From Flavobacteriales bacterium (GTDB lineage Bacteria; Bacteroidota; Bacteroidia; Flavobacteriales_D; CALLUQ01), in the NCBI GenBank assembly GCA_963669295.1, contig OY769938.1, positions 2,286,394 through 2,350,393 of the forward strand: a stretch of 64,000 bases of DNA. Direction: 5' to 3'. Positions within the stretch are counted from its first letter, which is position 1. Each line of letters opens with the position of its first letter. Shown in pieces: positions 18,801-27,505 of this stretch. The notes beneath the pieces are model-generated. The model made no database searches, was not told where the DNA came from, and was given only the letters and a program-made list of their open reading frames with translations. A program made the translations under genes and the position numbers.

Positions 18801-19302
18801 TAGCATTCGATGTTTGAAAAGTGTGATCCATGGGAGTTGAACCGCTACCAACAGCATAATCATTCTCGCTAATAACATTGTCGTACACCATGTTGTACTG
18901 GTAGCTTTGGTAGTAGGTGTAAGTGGGATTGCTTACATATTCTACTGTGTCGGGAGCAGAGCCACCGATGGTGTAATAAGGAGTGCCTGTGTTGTTGTGT
19001 AAATAAGTATTGGTAAAAGTCGTGTAATCCCATTCTCCACAATCAAAATTGTCTTGTGTGGTTTGAGGGTCGCACTTAAGGGTATAGTACATGAGTATTT
19101 TCTCATACTGCATCGTGTCAGATGGAAAAATGTACCAACCTCTACGCTTGGTAATGTCATTAAAATCTAATGTTTGCACTACAATGGTGTCACCAATGTT
19201 TTGTGCAAAAGCAGTTGTAGAGAGTGAAACGGTTAAAAGGATGGTAAGTAGTGTGGTAAAACGATTTAGCATAGCGAACATAGTTTTTAATCTTACCGTC
19301 AA
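15838..19302 (-). CDS. T9SS-secreted large protein with LamG/concanavalin-like and possible PNGase F-related domains
   Basis: C-terminal T9SS type A sorting domain (LNIYPNPSKGEFNL...GIYYVRV). LamG-like WNHWAFTKDVSTGEMFIYLNGVLW. CAEFCPKLHHLEINGVQQF...GGTWIYDRAGWCPG resembles peptide-N-glycosidase F-related proteins, from memory. Signal peptide from M8/M11. Confidence 0.7.
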   Translation of the reverse strand: MTVRLKTMFAMLNRFTTLLTILLTVSLSTTAFAQNIGDTIVVQTLDFNDITKRRGWYIFPSDTMQYEKILMYYTLKCDPQTTQDNFDCGEWDYTTFTNTYLHNNTGTPYYTIGGSAPDTVEYVSNPTYTYYQSYQYNMVYDNVISENDYAVGSGSTPMDHTFQTSNATGKAQYLFRASELTSAGMSAGNVDKLRMDLSALGTDLNYLQIRMKHTAYSDIDINNYETSGFTNVYEYNTTFGSLGLNDLNFTTPFNWDGTSNIVVEFCYNNNGPGTDNTVVGDATGFNSAVYSQQDDGYLAFRRPDYVDVPASAFAAIDSFITVSFWCYGDPNAMPSNSYAFEGRDANGYRVINSHLPWSNSRVYWDAGNSGTSGYDRIDQAANFADFAGQWNHWAFTKDVSTGEMFIYLNGVLWHSGTGKTRTMDGITSFKIAGQASSTNGRYDGYINDFRVFNATLDATTIQNWMFKDVDPSHPYYSNLAAYYKFDDMNGLLAGEEVSNQEGTLIGTPAWEYIDGCDHFRNMTQAMERPNIVFVQGNYNTHWDSTLVTDSVMNPPITIFESLPTIDINSTGITMTAVDTVYAWLPGYSYTYDNMGNVLDSIWVGYSNQLFNFYSSSTFQIQNYVTPYGIGLDLGPDGTRWVYDVTDYAPVLHDTIDFSAGNQQELIDVKFMMIVGTPPRDVISAETIWTGDWGHAAIADDVVLPAVDIDLDPNASMYRIKTRTTGHGFGSGENCAEFCPKLHHLEINGVQQFQWLNWKECADNPVFPQGGTWIYDRAGWCPGTFGDTYDHELTPLVTPGTTVSVDYGMEAYPGGGGEGNYRIAVQLISYGAPNFALDAAITDIVSPNDWEIYGRMNPICASPRVKIKNTGSTTLTSLDITYMVDGGTAETYTWNGSLDFLEEEEVSLPISGQTFWVNGGGGAQNTFIVTISSPNGGADEYAYNNTYTTTYEVPPVYYDGIVVWALPNSAAAENSWNLYDDQNNVIASRSAGTYTAYAQHKDTVLLNPGCYRLEFLDSDDDGMSFFANNDGNGWVRLRDMQGAFVSFNPNFGRSIIHSFTIGYTLEEEEYENATQLNIYPNPSKGEFNLVMDGYADQTVNIQVVNLLGEVMYSKDVSGLNNKDMREINLSHLADGIYYVRVSSGEYSNIKQIVKQ

Positions 19303-19378
19303 AGTTAGGGAAAAAGACGGGGGAGTAAAAACAGAACTTTACTCAAATTGTTAAAATACTGACAGGAATGTTGAAATC

Positions 19379-20794
19379 TTAAAACTTATAGATTAGGAAG
19401 TAATCGTTTTCAAACTGCAATTGCAATTCGGGAAATGAAAGAGTAGATTCTAGCAGTTGTTTGTCAATAATGAGGTAATTGCATCCCAGGTTCTTGATAC
19501 GCGGTATCGTTTTACCGTCCACCAGCTGTTGGTGAGTGAGTTGCCATCCTTTACGGTGGGTAAAGTAGTTGTGTAATGGGGTTAGTCCGCCATTTACTGC
19601 GATGAGGGCTTCCTTTTCTACTTGCTCATCCATCAACGACTCCAGGGTAAGAAGGTACATGCGCTTTTCTTTTAGAAAGAAATCGTGTTGATAGTTGGAG
19701 GCACTAACAATGGTGGTAACAACAAGGGCGCCAATGGCAATATAGCGGTTAGAAATCGTACTTATCCCATATCCGGCAATCAATGCCATGGCAGGTACGA
19801 AAGGGATGATGTAGTAAATGTGATGAGAAAAATAATCACCAGACTTGGCCATAAAGCCTAAAAATGGTAGAAAAAGTACAATGAATACAAGGAGCGGCTT
19901 TTTTTCCTTTCGATAAATGGCCACACTCAGCCCAAGTACAAATAAGAGGAATCCGGATAAGTGAATGGCATCGAAGTAAAAGTGTTGCGCCACTTCCCCA
20001 AAGTGTTGGAAGAGTTCTACAATGCCAGTCGACATGCTTTTACCCATAAAGAAACCTACATATCCATAAGTTTCATTTAGATAGGGTACCCAATAAAAAT
20101 ACCACCAACCAGTAGTAGTGAGGGTGAAGCACATAGCTACGGTAATCCCAATTTTTTTAGGAGTAGCGACCGACTTGCTAAAGAATGGAAGTACCAGGAT
20201 ACCACAGGCATACAATGAAGGCACTTTAGATAATACACCAAATAGCGTAAAAATGAAGAAGAGCAGTAGATTTTTAATGTTCCCTTTTTGATATAGGTAC
20301 TCCAACCCATAGTATAACCCAACCATCACCAGGGAAATGGAGAAAGTATCGGGCATGCTTTTACGTGCATAAGAAAACCAAATCGAACTGAGCAAAATAA
20401 GAACAGCATTGAGAGCTATGGTTTTACTGAAGTAACGAGTAATAGTTTTACCAAAGAAGAAAATTCCTATGCTGGATAAGATGAGATTAATAAGACGACC
20501 ATACCAATGCTCGTAACCAAAAATGGCAGAAGCAAGGTAAATCAAGTAGTTGAGTAGTGGAAATTCCATACCAGTAATTCCGGTACGTTCTCCAGCCATA
20601 TCCATACGTGGATAGAGAATGTTATTGTCTACTTCGAGAAAGTTGCGCGCAGCCATATTAACCGTGGCTTGTCGCCAGCTATGCGCAACTTCTAAGGGTG
20701 GATTTGTAATGCCATATAACCTGACAATAAAAAAAAGTACAATCCAAAACCGGTAATCACCCAGCCATGTTTTCCAGTTTAATCCTTTACTCAT
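19379..20794 (-). CDS. polytopic membrane protein, GT39/ArnT-like glycosyltransferase (putative)
   Basis: 471 aa with more than 10 predicted TM helices. N-terminal pattern IVRLYGITNPPLEVAHSWRQATV resembles ArnT/PMT-family glycosyltransferases. Confidence 0.45.
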   Translation of the reverse strand: MSKGLNWKTWLGDYRFWIVLFFIVRLYGITNPPLEVAHSWRQATVNMAARNFLEVDNNILYPRMDMAGERTGITGMEFPLLNYLIYLASAIFGYEHWYGRLINLILSSIGIFFFGKTITRYFSKTIALNAVLILLSSIWFSYARKSMPDTFSISLVMVGLYYGLEYLYQKGNIKNLLLFFIFTLFGVLSKVPSLYACGILVLPFFSKSVATPKKIGITVAMCFTLTTTGWWYFYWVPYLNETYGYVGFFMGKSMSTGIVELFQHFGEVAQHFYFDAIHLSGFLLFVLGLSVAIYRKEKKPLLVFIVLFLPFLGFMAKSGDYFSHHIYYIIPFVPAMALIAGYGISTISNRYIAIGALVVTTIVSASNYQHDFFLKEKRMYLLTLESLMDEQVEKEALIAVNGGLTPLHNYFTHRKGWQLTHQQLVDGKTIPRIKNLGCNYLIIDKQLLESTLSFPELQLQFENDYFLIYKF

Positions 20795-20808
20795 ATGAAT
20801 ACGATGTG

Positions 20809-22464
20809 CTAGAATTTGGCACGATAACGCTTTTTCGATTTACTGGCGTTGATGCTCCTCCCTTTCGGGTATTTCATGGCGAAACTAAGATTGATCTGTT
20901 CACTTTGTCCAGAAGCGATATTGAATTTCCAACTGAGTTCCCCTGTAGTGAGGTCTCGGTCTGCATTTGAAATATCCATAACATCTACTGTAATGTCGCT
21001 ATTTTTAGAAACCGGAACTTGATCAATTACTTCGATTTGAATGGGTGATTTTCGATTGTTTTTCACAATGATTTCATAAGCTAATGTTTCTTTTTTGTTG
21101 CTGCCAATGAATTTGGTACTTGAAAAATCTTTTTGTTTGGTGCGGGTTACCAGTACCTTCTTATCGCGTCCAAGCGATAAGTCAAGAGTATCGTTTACAC
21201 TTCGGGTATAGATATACGATTGTCCTATGTATGTGCCAGCATAATATACATTGGCGGGGCCTTCTACCAGGTTCAAATCTTCCCAGCCGGTAATGCGGGC
21301 CAGAAGGAAGGCATCTTTGTCAACTTTTGGAATACAATAGTGACTGTAGGTGGCATTGAGGTTATATTCCGTTACATCAACAATGTAGGGTTTGGCATCT
21401 GAAGGAATAGAGTAGGGAGTTTCAATTTCAAACTCTGCACTCAGCTCTGGCAATTCAATTTCTTCAAATACAATATCGCCTCGGTTAATGGTATTTCTAT
21501 CGGATGAGTAGTTGCCAACATCTGTACTTTGCACTCGGCCTTCTTTTTCCTGATCGTTGCTCCAATTGTAACTTTGCCTGTAAAAGCCACTGCTAGATTG
21601 GTAGTCAAGGTTCCAAACATTCATGGCAGGTTTGGCAGCGCTTTGCGTGGGGTCAGCTGTTGAGAGCTTAATTTTTACGTTGTCCCAATCGATGTTGGTA
21701 TTGTTGAACACTTTAGCGCGATATTTTAGCTCTATAGGTTGCCCTACATCTTCAGCTCTAAGGTCGTAGCTGGGAGCCCACCCTGCTCCAGCAACAATGT
21801 ATTTAAGTGAAATGGTAGTGGAGCCACCAGATGGGGCAAGCAATAACACAGAAACCTCTCCCTTGCTGTGATTTTCTTTAGCGTTTAACTCATTGAGTTG
21901 CTGATTTACACGCTGCAATTCTAAACTTTGTGAGGTCACCTTTTTATTGAGCGAAGAAATCTTTTGGTTGATCTCTTTTACGCGGGTTCGATAAAAATCG
22001 GCTGCTTGCTTTAACTCGGCTATAGGAACGCCATTTTGGTTGCCACCAATCGACTGATTCTTGAGCAACATTTCTTTTTCAATGGTATAGGCATTCTTTT
22101 CATCATTTAAGCCAACAACCTTATTGTTTAAAAGCACCACAGAATCTTTAAGCTGTTTAATGCGAGGGTTTTCATTTTCTGGAGCAAGGTAATTGATCTT
22201 ATCTGATACGGCTAAGATGTTAACGTTTCCACTAGCGGTTACTTGTACACTCTTAGAATTTATGTTGGGAGATAGCCCTTCAAAAATAACTTGTGTGCGC
22301 CCAGCGCTAAGCGTAAGTTGTTGCTCCCGATTTACTTCTGCACCATCCAGGTAAACAATTACGGTATTGATAGTAGTGCTTACAGTTTTTACTTTAACAT
22401 CCTTTATTTGAGAAAATCCTTGCGCGTAAAACAAGGTCGTAAAGAGAATAATAGCGTATTTCAT
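20809..22464 (-). CDS. DUF4139/DUF4140 (MuiA-like) family protein
   Basis: Start moved to ATG 22464 (signal peptide MKYAIILFTTLFYAQG). N-terminal VIVYLDGAEVNREQQLTLSAGRTQVIFEGLSP, central coiled coil, C-terminal beta-rich region. Confidence 0.55.
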   Translation of the reverse strand: MKYAIILFTTLFYAQGFSQIKDVKVKTVSTTINTVIVYLDGAEVNREQQLTLSAGRTQVIFEGLSPNINSKSVQVTASGNVNILAVSDKINYLAPENENPRIKQLKDSVVLLNNKVVGLNDEKNAYTIEKEMLLKNQSIGGNQNGVPIAELKQAADFYRTRVKEINQKISSLNKKVTSQSLELQRVNQQLNELNAKENHSKGEVSVLLLAPSGGSTTISLKYIVAGAGWAPSYDLRAEDVGQPIELKYRAKVFNNTNIDWDNVKIKLSTADPTQSAAKPAMNVWNLDYQSSSGFYRQSYNWSNDQEKEGRVQSTDVGNYSSDRNTINRGDIVFEEIELPELSAEFEIETPYSIPSDAKPYIVDVTEYNLNATYSHYCIPKVDKDAFLLARITGWEDLNLVEGPANVYYAGTYIGQSYIYTRSVNDTLDLSLGRDKKVLVTRTKQKDFSSTKFIGSNKKETLAYEIIVKNNRKSPIQIEVIDQVPVSKNSDITVDVMDISNADRDLTTGELSWKFNIASGQSEQINLSFAMKYPKGRSINASKSKKRYRAKF

Positions 22465-22495
22465 GTGATGTGTTTTAGCGTTGCAGATTAAAGAT

Positions 22496-22533
22496 AAAAA
22501 AAAGCCCATTTTGATGATTCAAGATGGGCTTTT
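22496..22533 (-). terminator. rho-independent (bidirectional-looking) terminator
   Basis: Stem AAAGCCCATTTTG / CAAGATGGGCTTT flanked by an A8 run (a T run on the minus strand). Lies after the binding-protein gene. Confidence 0.6.
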
Positions 22534-22551
22534 ACTTATTTCGTTAAATGT

Positions 22552-24291
22552 TTACTGGTGTCCTTGACTCTGCACTTTTCCTTCACGTTCTTTGATGTAA
22601 ACATCTGTAAGATCAATTAGATTCATGGGGTTAGAGTAGAAGTTACGCACATACGATTGCAATAAGCGGTAGTTTTCACTGTACCACAATGGAATCAGCG
22701 GTGCATCTTGCATCAAGATTTGCTCTGCTTGCGTAAAATAACCGTAGCTTTCTTCTTTATCACGAGCAGCAATGCCTTTTTCAAACAATGAGTCGAATGC
22801 AGCACTTTGATATCGCATGGTGTTGGGATGCGATGGCTCATCTAAAGATGCTGGCACGTCTCTTCCATAGCAAGTCCAAAGAAAACTTTCGGGACTTGGG
22901 TAATCAGCTACCCAGGCTGACCGGAAGATGTCAGCTTTCGCATATTTAGCATCTTCCAGCTTTTGTGCGAAAGGCACTACTTCAATATCCACATTAATGT
23001 TAAGTACATCCGACAATTGTTTTTGGATTTCAAAAGCAACACGTGTGTTTCGGGTTCCGCCACTGTTTAATTCCACTTTAATAGAAGGGAAATTACTTCC
23101 GTTGGGGTAACCTGCATCAGCCAATAAAGCACGTGCCTTATCAGGGTCATAGCTATAGCCACTAACCTTGCTTACGTCATAACCTGGAAATGAAGGGGGG
23201 CATAAACCGTTAATGCCAGGGCCAAATGCCTCGCGGTTCAAAATATCGTTTACGATTTTGTCTTTATCAATGGCATAACTGAAAGCTTGTCGTACCCTTA
23301 CATCTTGAAATACCTCACGAGTAAGGTTGAATTCGTAAAACTGAGTTACCATTTCAGGCGATCGGCCAAGGATAAATTTTGGAGGAACGTTAGCAAAATC
23401 AGCAATTTGCTCTTGCACCACTTCATTTATTTTCTCCGATGGCAAGCCAAAAATTACATCAAGACCACCGTTGCGAAACTCATCCAACTGAGTGTTTTGT
23501 GAATTGATAAATCGGTAATGAACAGTGTCAAGATATGGCAATTGATTGCCAGCAGAATCCAACTTGTAATAATCTTCGTTGTATACTAAAAACAACTCTT
23601 TATCGACTTCACCACCCTCAGTGTATTTAAATGGCCCTGTGCCAATTGTACATTGGATGCCATACTTGTCTACAGCTTCCTTCGCAACAACAGACGTGGC
23701 AGGGTTGGCCAAAATGTAAAGAAACGATGATGAGGGCTGCTCCAATGTGATTTCAACAGTGTAGTCATCAATTACTTTTACTCCTTCTAAACTCTCGGCT
23801 TCTCCATTGTAATAGGCAGTAGCGCCTTTTACACGATCTTTGAATGTGCTGGTGAACATGGCATTGTCTGGGCTGGCAGTACAAAGCATTTCAAAAGAAT
23901 ATTTCACATCATTGGCATTCATTTCACGCCCCTCTCCTCCATCAAAGCAGGGGTCATCATGAAATTTAGCACCCTTCCGAAGTTTAAATGTGTACACAGT
24001 GCCACTGGCATCTATTTCCCAATTCTCAGCAAGCGCGGGAATAACCGACATATCTTTAGGGCTAAACTTCACAAGCCCTTCGAAGATTTGTTTGGCGATG
24101 TTAGCTGAACCCAAGTCGATGATGGTATGTGGAAAGAGTGACTGAAACTTTTCAGCTTCACTCATTGTAAATGTACCTCCATACACCACGGCTCCCTTCG
24201 CCACCCTTTCTGTACTGGTGTCCTCTTTGGTTCCTTCACACGATGCAAGCAAAACAACAGCGGCCAGAAAGCTATAAATTATCTTTTTCAT
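22552..24291 (-). CDS. ABC transporter substrate-binding protein, family 5 (peptide/nickel, OppA-like)
   Basis: Start moved to ATG 24291 (lipoprotein signal MKKIIYSFLAAVVLLASCEG). Family-5 blocks (LVKFSPKDMSVIPALAENWE, GTGPFKY, WVADYPSPESFL). Confidence 0.8.
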   Translation of the reverse strand: MKKIIYSFLAAVVLLASCEGTKEDTSTERVAKGAVVYGGTFTMSEAEKFQSLFPHTIIDLGSANIAKQIFEGLVKFSPKDMSVIPALAENWEIDASGTVYTFKLRKGAKFHDDPCFDGGEGREMNANDVKYSFEMLCTASPDNAMFTSTFKDRVKGATAYYNGEAESLEGVKVIDDYTVEITLEQPSSSFLYILANPATSVVAKEAVDKYGIQCTIGTGPFKYTEGGEVDKELFLVYNEDYYKLDSAGNQLPYLDTVHYRFINSQNTQLDEFRNGGLDVIFGLPSEKINEVVQEQIADFANVPPKFILGRSPEMVTQFYEFNLTREVFQDVRVRQAFSYAIDKDKIVNDILNREAFGPGINGLCPPSFPGYDVSKVSGYSYDPDKARALLADAGYPNGSNFPSIKVELNSGGTRNTRVAFEIQKQLSDVLNINVDIEVVPFAQKLEDAKYAKADIFRSAWVADYPSPESFLWTCYGRDVPASLDEPSHPNTMRYQSAAFDSLFEKGIAARDKEESYGYFTQAEQILMQDAPLIPLWYSENYRLLQSYVRNFYSNPMNLIDLTDVYIKEREGKVQSQGHQ

Positions 24292-24452
24292 AAGGTCTAT
24301 AAATGTCACGCGTACAATAAATGCAAGAATAATGTTTCTTTGCCAAAATTGCAAAATTAAATCCTATGATTTTCCATTTATCCCTTGATAAGGTTTTTTT
24401 GTCGAAATAAAAGCTAAAATCGTAGAGAAAAATTTAGTAAAAAAGTGGGCTA

Positions 24453-24460
24453 TAATTTTG
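24453..24460 (+). promoter_or_regulatory. Bacteroidota -7 box (TAnnTTTG)
   Basis: TAATTTTG, 74 nt upstream of ATG 24534. Confidence 0.3.
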
Positions 24461-24533
24461 AAATAATGAAAATTGCTTTTAATATTGCCACCTAGAAATG
24501 AGGAGTGTGTCTTTACATCTGTAAAGTGTTGTA

Positions 24534-25334
24534 ATGAAAAGGATAGCAAGTATTTTAACAATTGTTTTCGCCTTCGTTTCCGTTGCGTTTTCACAACAGC
24601 ATGACGCTATTGTGTTGACAGGCAATTACCAGGGAAAGAACATTTATGTGCAAAACCCATTCGCATCATCGGGTGTTGGTTTCTGCGTATATGAGGTAAC
24701 CATCAATGGTGATGTCTCTACGGACGAGTGGAACTCTAGCGCATTCGAAATTGATTTCGCCAATGTTGAATTGAAGATAGGTGACCCTGTTGAAGTGAAG
24801 ATCAAGCATAAGCCTGATTGCCACCCTAAGGTATTAAACCCTGAAGTATTAAAGCCTAAGAGTACGTTTGAGATCATAGAAATGTCTATTGATAAAGATG
24901 GCACGTTAAGGTGGAAAACTAAGGGAGAGACTGGTGAATTGCCTTATGTAATTGAACAGTACCGGTGGAACAAGTGGATTAAGGTTGGAGAGGTGCCAGG
25001 CATAGGCACTCCTGATGAACACTCCTATGAATTCAAAGTTACTCCACACTCTGGTGAGAACCAATTTAGAGTGAAGCAGGTTGATTATAGCGGAAAGCCA
25101 AGATACTCTCCAGCTAAGAAGTACAGAAATGCTTCTGTCGAGGAAATCACTTTTACTCCTCAAAAGGTAAACAAGGAAATCATGTTTACCGGTGAAACTA
25201 AGTTCGAGATTTACGATGCATATGGAAACATTGTGAAGAAGGGTTTTGCAGATAAGATTAATGCAGAAAATCTTACCAAAGGAGTATATTATCTGAACTA
25301 CGACAATAAGACGGAGAAGTTCATTAAAAAGTAA
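24534..25334 (+). CDS. hypothetical secreted protein with T9SS-like C-terminal domain
   Basis: Signal peptide MKRIASILTIVFAFVSVAFSQ. The C-terminus KFEIYDAYGNIVKKG...LTKGVYYLNYDNKTEKFIKK resembles a T9SS sorting domain. Confidence 0.5.
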   Translation: MKRIASILTIVFAFVSVAFSQQHDAIVLTGNYQGKNIYVQNPFASSGVGFCVYEVTINGDVSTDEWNSSAFEIDFANVELKIGDPVEVKIKHKPDCHPKVLNPEVLKPKSTFEIIEMSIDKDGTLRWKTKGETGELPYVIEQYRWNKWIKVGEVPGIGTPDEHSYEFKVTPHSGENQFRVKQVDYSGKPRYSPAKKYRNASVEEITFTPQKVNKEIMFTGETKFEIYDAYGNIVKKGFADKINAENLTKGVYYLNYDNKTEKFIKK

Positions 25335-25356
25335 TAACTAACCCACAATAGTTAAA

Positions 25357-25386
25357 ATAGTCCCGCATATCGGGACTATTTTTTTA
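25357..25386 (+). terminator. rho-independent terminator
   Basis: Stem ATAGTCCCG / CGGGACTAT followed by a T7 run. Confidence 0.75.
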
Positions 25387-25396
25387 CCCTAATGTT

Positions 25397-25798
25397 ATGA
25401 AAAAGATTGAGCACATTGGTATTGCGGTCAATAGTTTTGAAACATCTATCCCTTTATTTGAACAGTTGTTAGGGGTTAAATGCGATAAAATTGAGGCTGT
25501 TGAAAGCGAGGGTGTTTCCACAGCTTTTTTTAACTCAGGACCTAATAAAATTGAATTGCTTGAGGCAATTTCTGACGAGAGCCCTATTGCCAAATTCCTT
25601 GAAAAGAAAGGAGAGGGAATTCACCACATTGCTTTTGATGTAGATGATATTCATGCAGAGCTGGAGCGATTGAAAGAAGCAGGGTTTCAACTTATTCATG
25701 AAACACCAAAGGTAGGAGCAGACAATAAACTGATTGCTTTTCTTCACCCTAAAGCTACCAACGGGGTACTTATCGAATTGTGTCAGGATAGATCATAG
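25397..25798 (+). CDS. mce: methylmalonyl-CoA epimerase (VOC/glyoxalase family)
   Basis: 133 aa. MKKIEHIGIAV...GEGIHHIAFDVDDI...NGVLIELCQ is typical of the epimerase. Confidence 0.8.
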   Translation: MKKIEHIGIAVNSFETSIPLFEQLLGVKCDKIEAVESEGVSTAFFNSGPNKIELLEAISDESPIAKFLEKKGEGIHHIAFDVDDIHAELERLKEAGFQLIHETPKVGADNKLIAFLHPKATNGVLIELCQDRS

Positions 25799-26397
25799 TA
25801 GCGCTCAAAAATTGCTGTAGCGGCTTCTTGTAATGTCTCACCAAAGGCAATAATGCCGTCTTCATGCCCAGCCATTACCAGAACTCTTGTTTTTAGTAGT
25901 TCCGTTTCCTTGAACAATCGACGGATTTCTTTTGCCATTTCAGGTGTACCATAAGGTATTATAGCACGGGTGGTAGGGAGTTTGCCCTTTAATTTATTCC
26001 ATAGCGGTGCGTAATGGATATGAATGACGCCTTGAATGAACTTGTTGGTATCATAAATAGCAGCATGTGTTAACGATTCGGAAGAAGCTTTAATGGGCCC
26101 TTTACAAAACAAATAATTGCGAGCAATGTTGTACTGAGTAACCGTAGTGAAATGTTCTGATTGTATGTTTTTGAAGTGTCCGGTTTGTGTTCCTGAGATG
26201 ATAAAATGTTGGCTGTCTGGAATACGATGACTTATATTACCAAACCCTACATTATGAATGGTATCATGTCCAATAAATTGATACTCGTGCATCTTGTTAC
26301 GCCAGAATGTAAGCTCCCTCAGTAGTTCGGAATGATGCGTAGGGTTAGATTCCTCCCAATGCATATCAAATTTGATGTAGCCTTCATCGATGCTCAT
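25783..26397 (-). CDS. class II aldolase/adducin family protein (MtnB-like dehydratase candidate)
   Basis: ASSESLTHAAIYD...GVIHIHYAPLW matches the class II aldolase metal-site pattern. Start ATG 26397 lies 1 nt from the mtnA stop. Confidence 0.65.
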   Translation of the reverse strand: MSIDEGYIKFDMHWEESNPTHHSELLRELTFWRNKMHEYQFIGHDTIHNVGFGNISHRIPDSQHFIISGTQTGHFKNIQSEHFTTVTQYNIARNYLFCKGPIKASSESLTHAAIYDTNKFIQGVIHIHYAPLWNKLKGKLPTTRAIIPYGTPEMAKEIRRLFKETELLKTRVLVMAGHEDGIIAFGETLQEAATAIFERYYDLS

Positions 26398-26398
26398 G

Positions 26399-27505
26399 TT
26401 AAGCGTGTTCTGGAAATAGACTCGTAAGACCTTGCTCGCTTGCTTCACAAATGCCTCGTTCCGTAATTAGGCCGGTCACCAATCTGGCGGGGGTTACATC
26501 AAAGCCATAATTGGCTGCTGTTGTGCTTTCAGGACAAATTAAGACATCAACCACCTCGTTACTCCCTTTTCCACGGATAAATCTCACCTCATTTTCATCA
26601 CGCATTTCTATGGGAATCTCTTCCAGTCCATCGTTAATTTTCCAGTCTATAGTAGAAGAAGGAAGGGCTACATAAAAGGGAACGTTATTATCGTTTGCAG
26701 CCAGTGCTTTGAGGTAGGTGCCAATTTTATTCGCAACATCGCCTTGACGAGTAGTGCGGTCGGTACCTACAATGACCATGTCTACCATGCCGTGTTGCAT
26801 TAAGTGGCCGCCTGTATTGTCTGCAATAAGTGTATGTGGAATGCCTTGTTGCCCCAGTTCAAATGCGGTAAGGTTAGCTCCCTGGTTTCGCGGTCGTGTT
26901 TCATCAACCCAAACGTGTACAGGAATTCCCAGATCATGAGCCTGGTATATAGGAGAGGTAGCAGTGCCCCAATCAATACATGCCAGCCAACCGGCATTAC
27001 AATGTGTGAGTATGTTGACAGGTTTTTTAGGGTTTTTAGCATGTATGGCTTCAATAAGTGGCAAAGCATGAGTGCCAATTTGAAAACAGGTTTCAACATC
27101 GTCTTGCTTCAATCGTTCGGCAAGGGCTAATGCAGCATCAACCTTTTCTGTAAGGCCTTTGGTAGCATTGATGATGGAGAGTGATTGATCTACGGCCCAA
27201 GTCAAATTAACAGCAGTGGGTCGTGATGCTTTTAACTGTTCAGCAGCGGTGGCAATATGGCCTTCAAAGTTTTTATGCTTCGAAGCCTCAATTGCGGCCA
27301 GCCACATACCATATGCTGCGGTTACACCAATAAGTGGGGCTCCTCTTACTACCATATTGCTAATGGCATTAATAGCGTCTAGGCTGCTTTGGATAGTATA
27401 GATGTTACATTGATGTGGCAGATAACGCTGATCAAATGTATTGACCTGTTGCGAATGCAGGTTATCTACCCAAATGGTGTGTTGATGAAGCCCATTAATC
27501 TTCAT
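26399..27505 (-). CDS. mtnA: S-methyl-5-thioribose-1-phosphate isomerase (eIF-2B alpha/beta/delta family)
   Basis: VRGAPLIGVTAAYG, THCNAG, VGTDRTTRQGDVANKIGTY, FDVTPARLVTGLITERG. ATG 27505 preferred over TTG 27514. Confidence 0.85.
   Translation of the reverse strand: MKINGLHQHTIWVDNLHSQQVNTFDQRYLPHQCNIYTIQSSLDAINAISNMVVRGAPLIGVTAAYGMWLAAIEASKHKNFEGHIATAAEQLKASRPTAVNLTWAVDQSLSIINATKGLTEKVDAALALAERLKQDDVETCFQIGTHALPLIEAIHAKNPKKPVNILTHCNAGWLACIDWGTATSPIYQAHDLGIPVHVWVDETRPRNQGANLTAFELGQQGIPHTLIADNTGGHLMQHGMVDMVIVGTDRTTRQGDVANKIGTYLKALAANDNNVPFYVALPSSTIDWKINDGLEEIPIEMRDENEVRFIRGKGSNEVVDVLICPESTTAANYGFDVTPARLVTGLITERGICEASEQGLTSLFPEHA

Noticed and set aside
24364-24594. A 76-aa minus-strand ORF between the binding-protein gene and the 24534 gene.
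   Set aside because: It overlaps the promoter, 5' region and start of the plus-strand secreted protein. It is Lys/Phe-rich low complexity and has no support.
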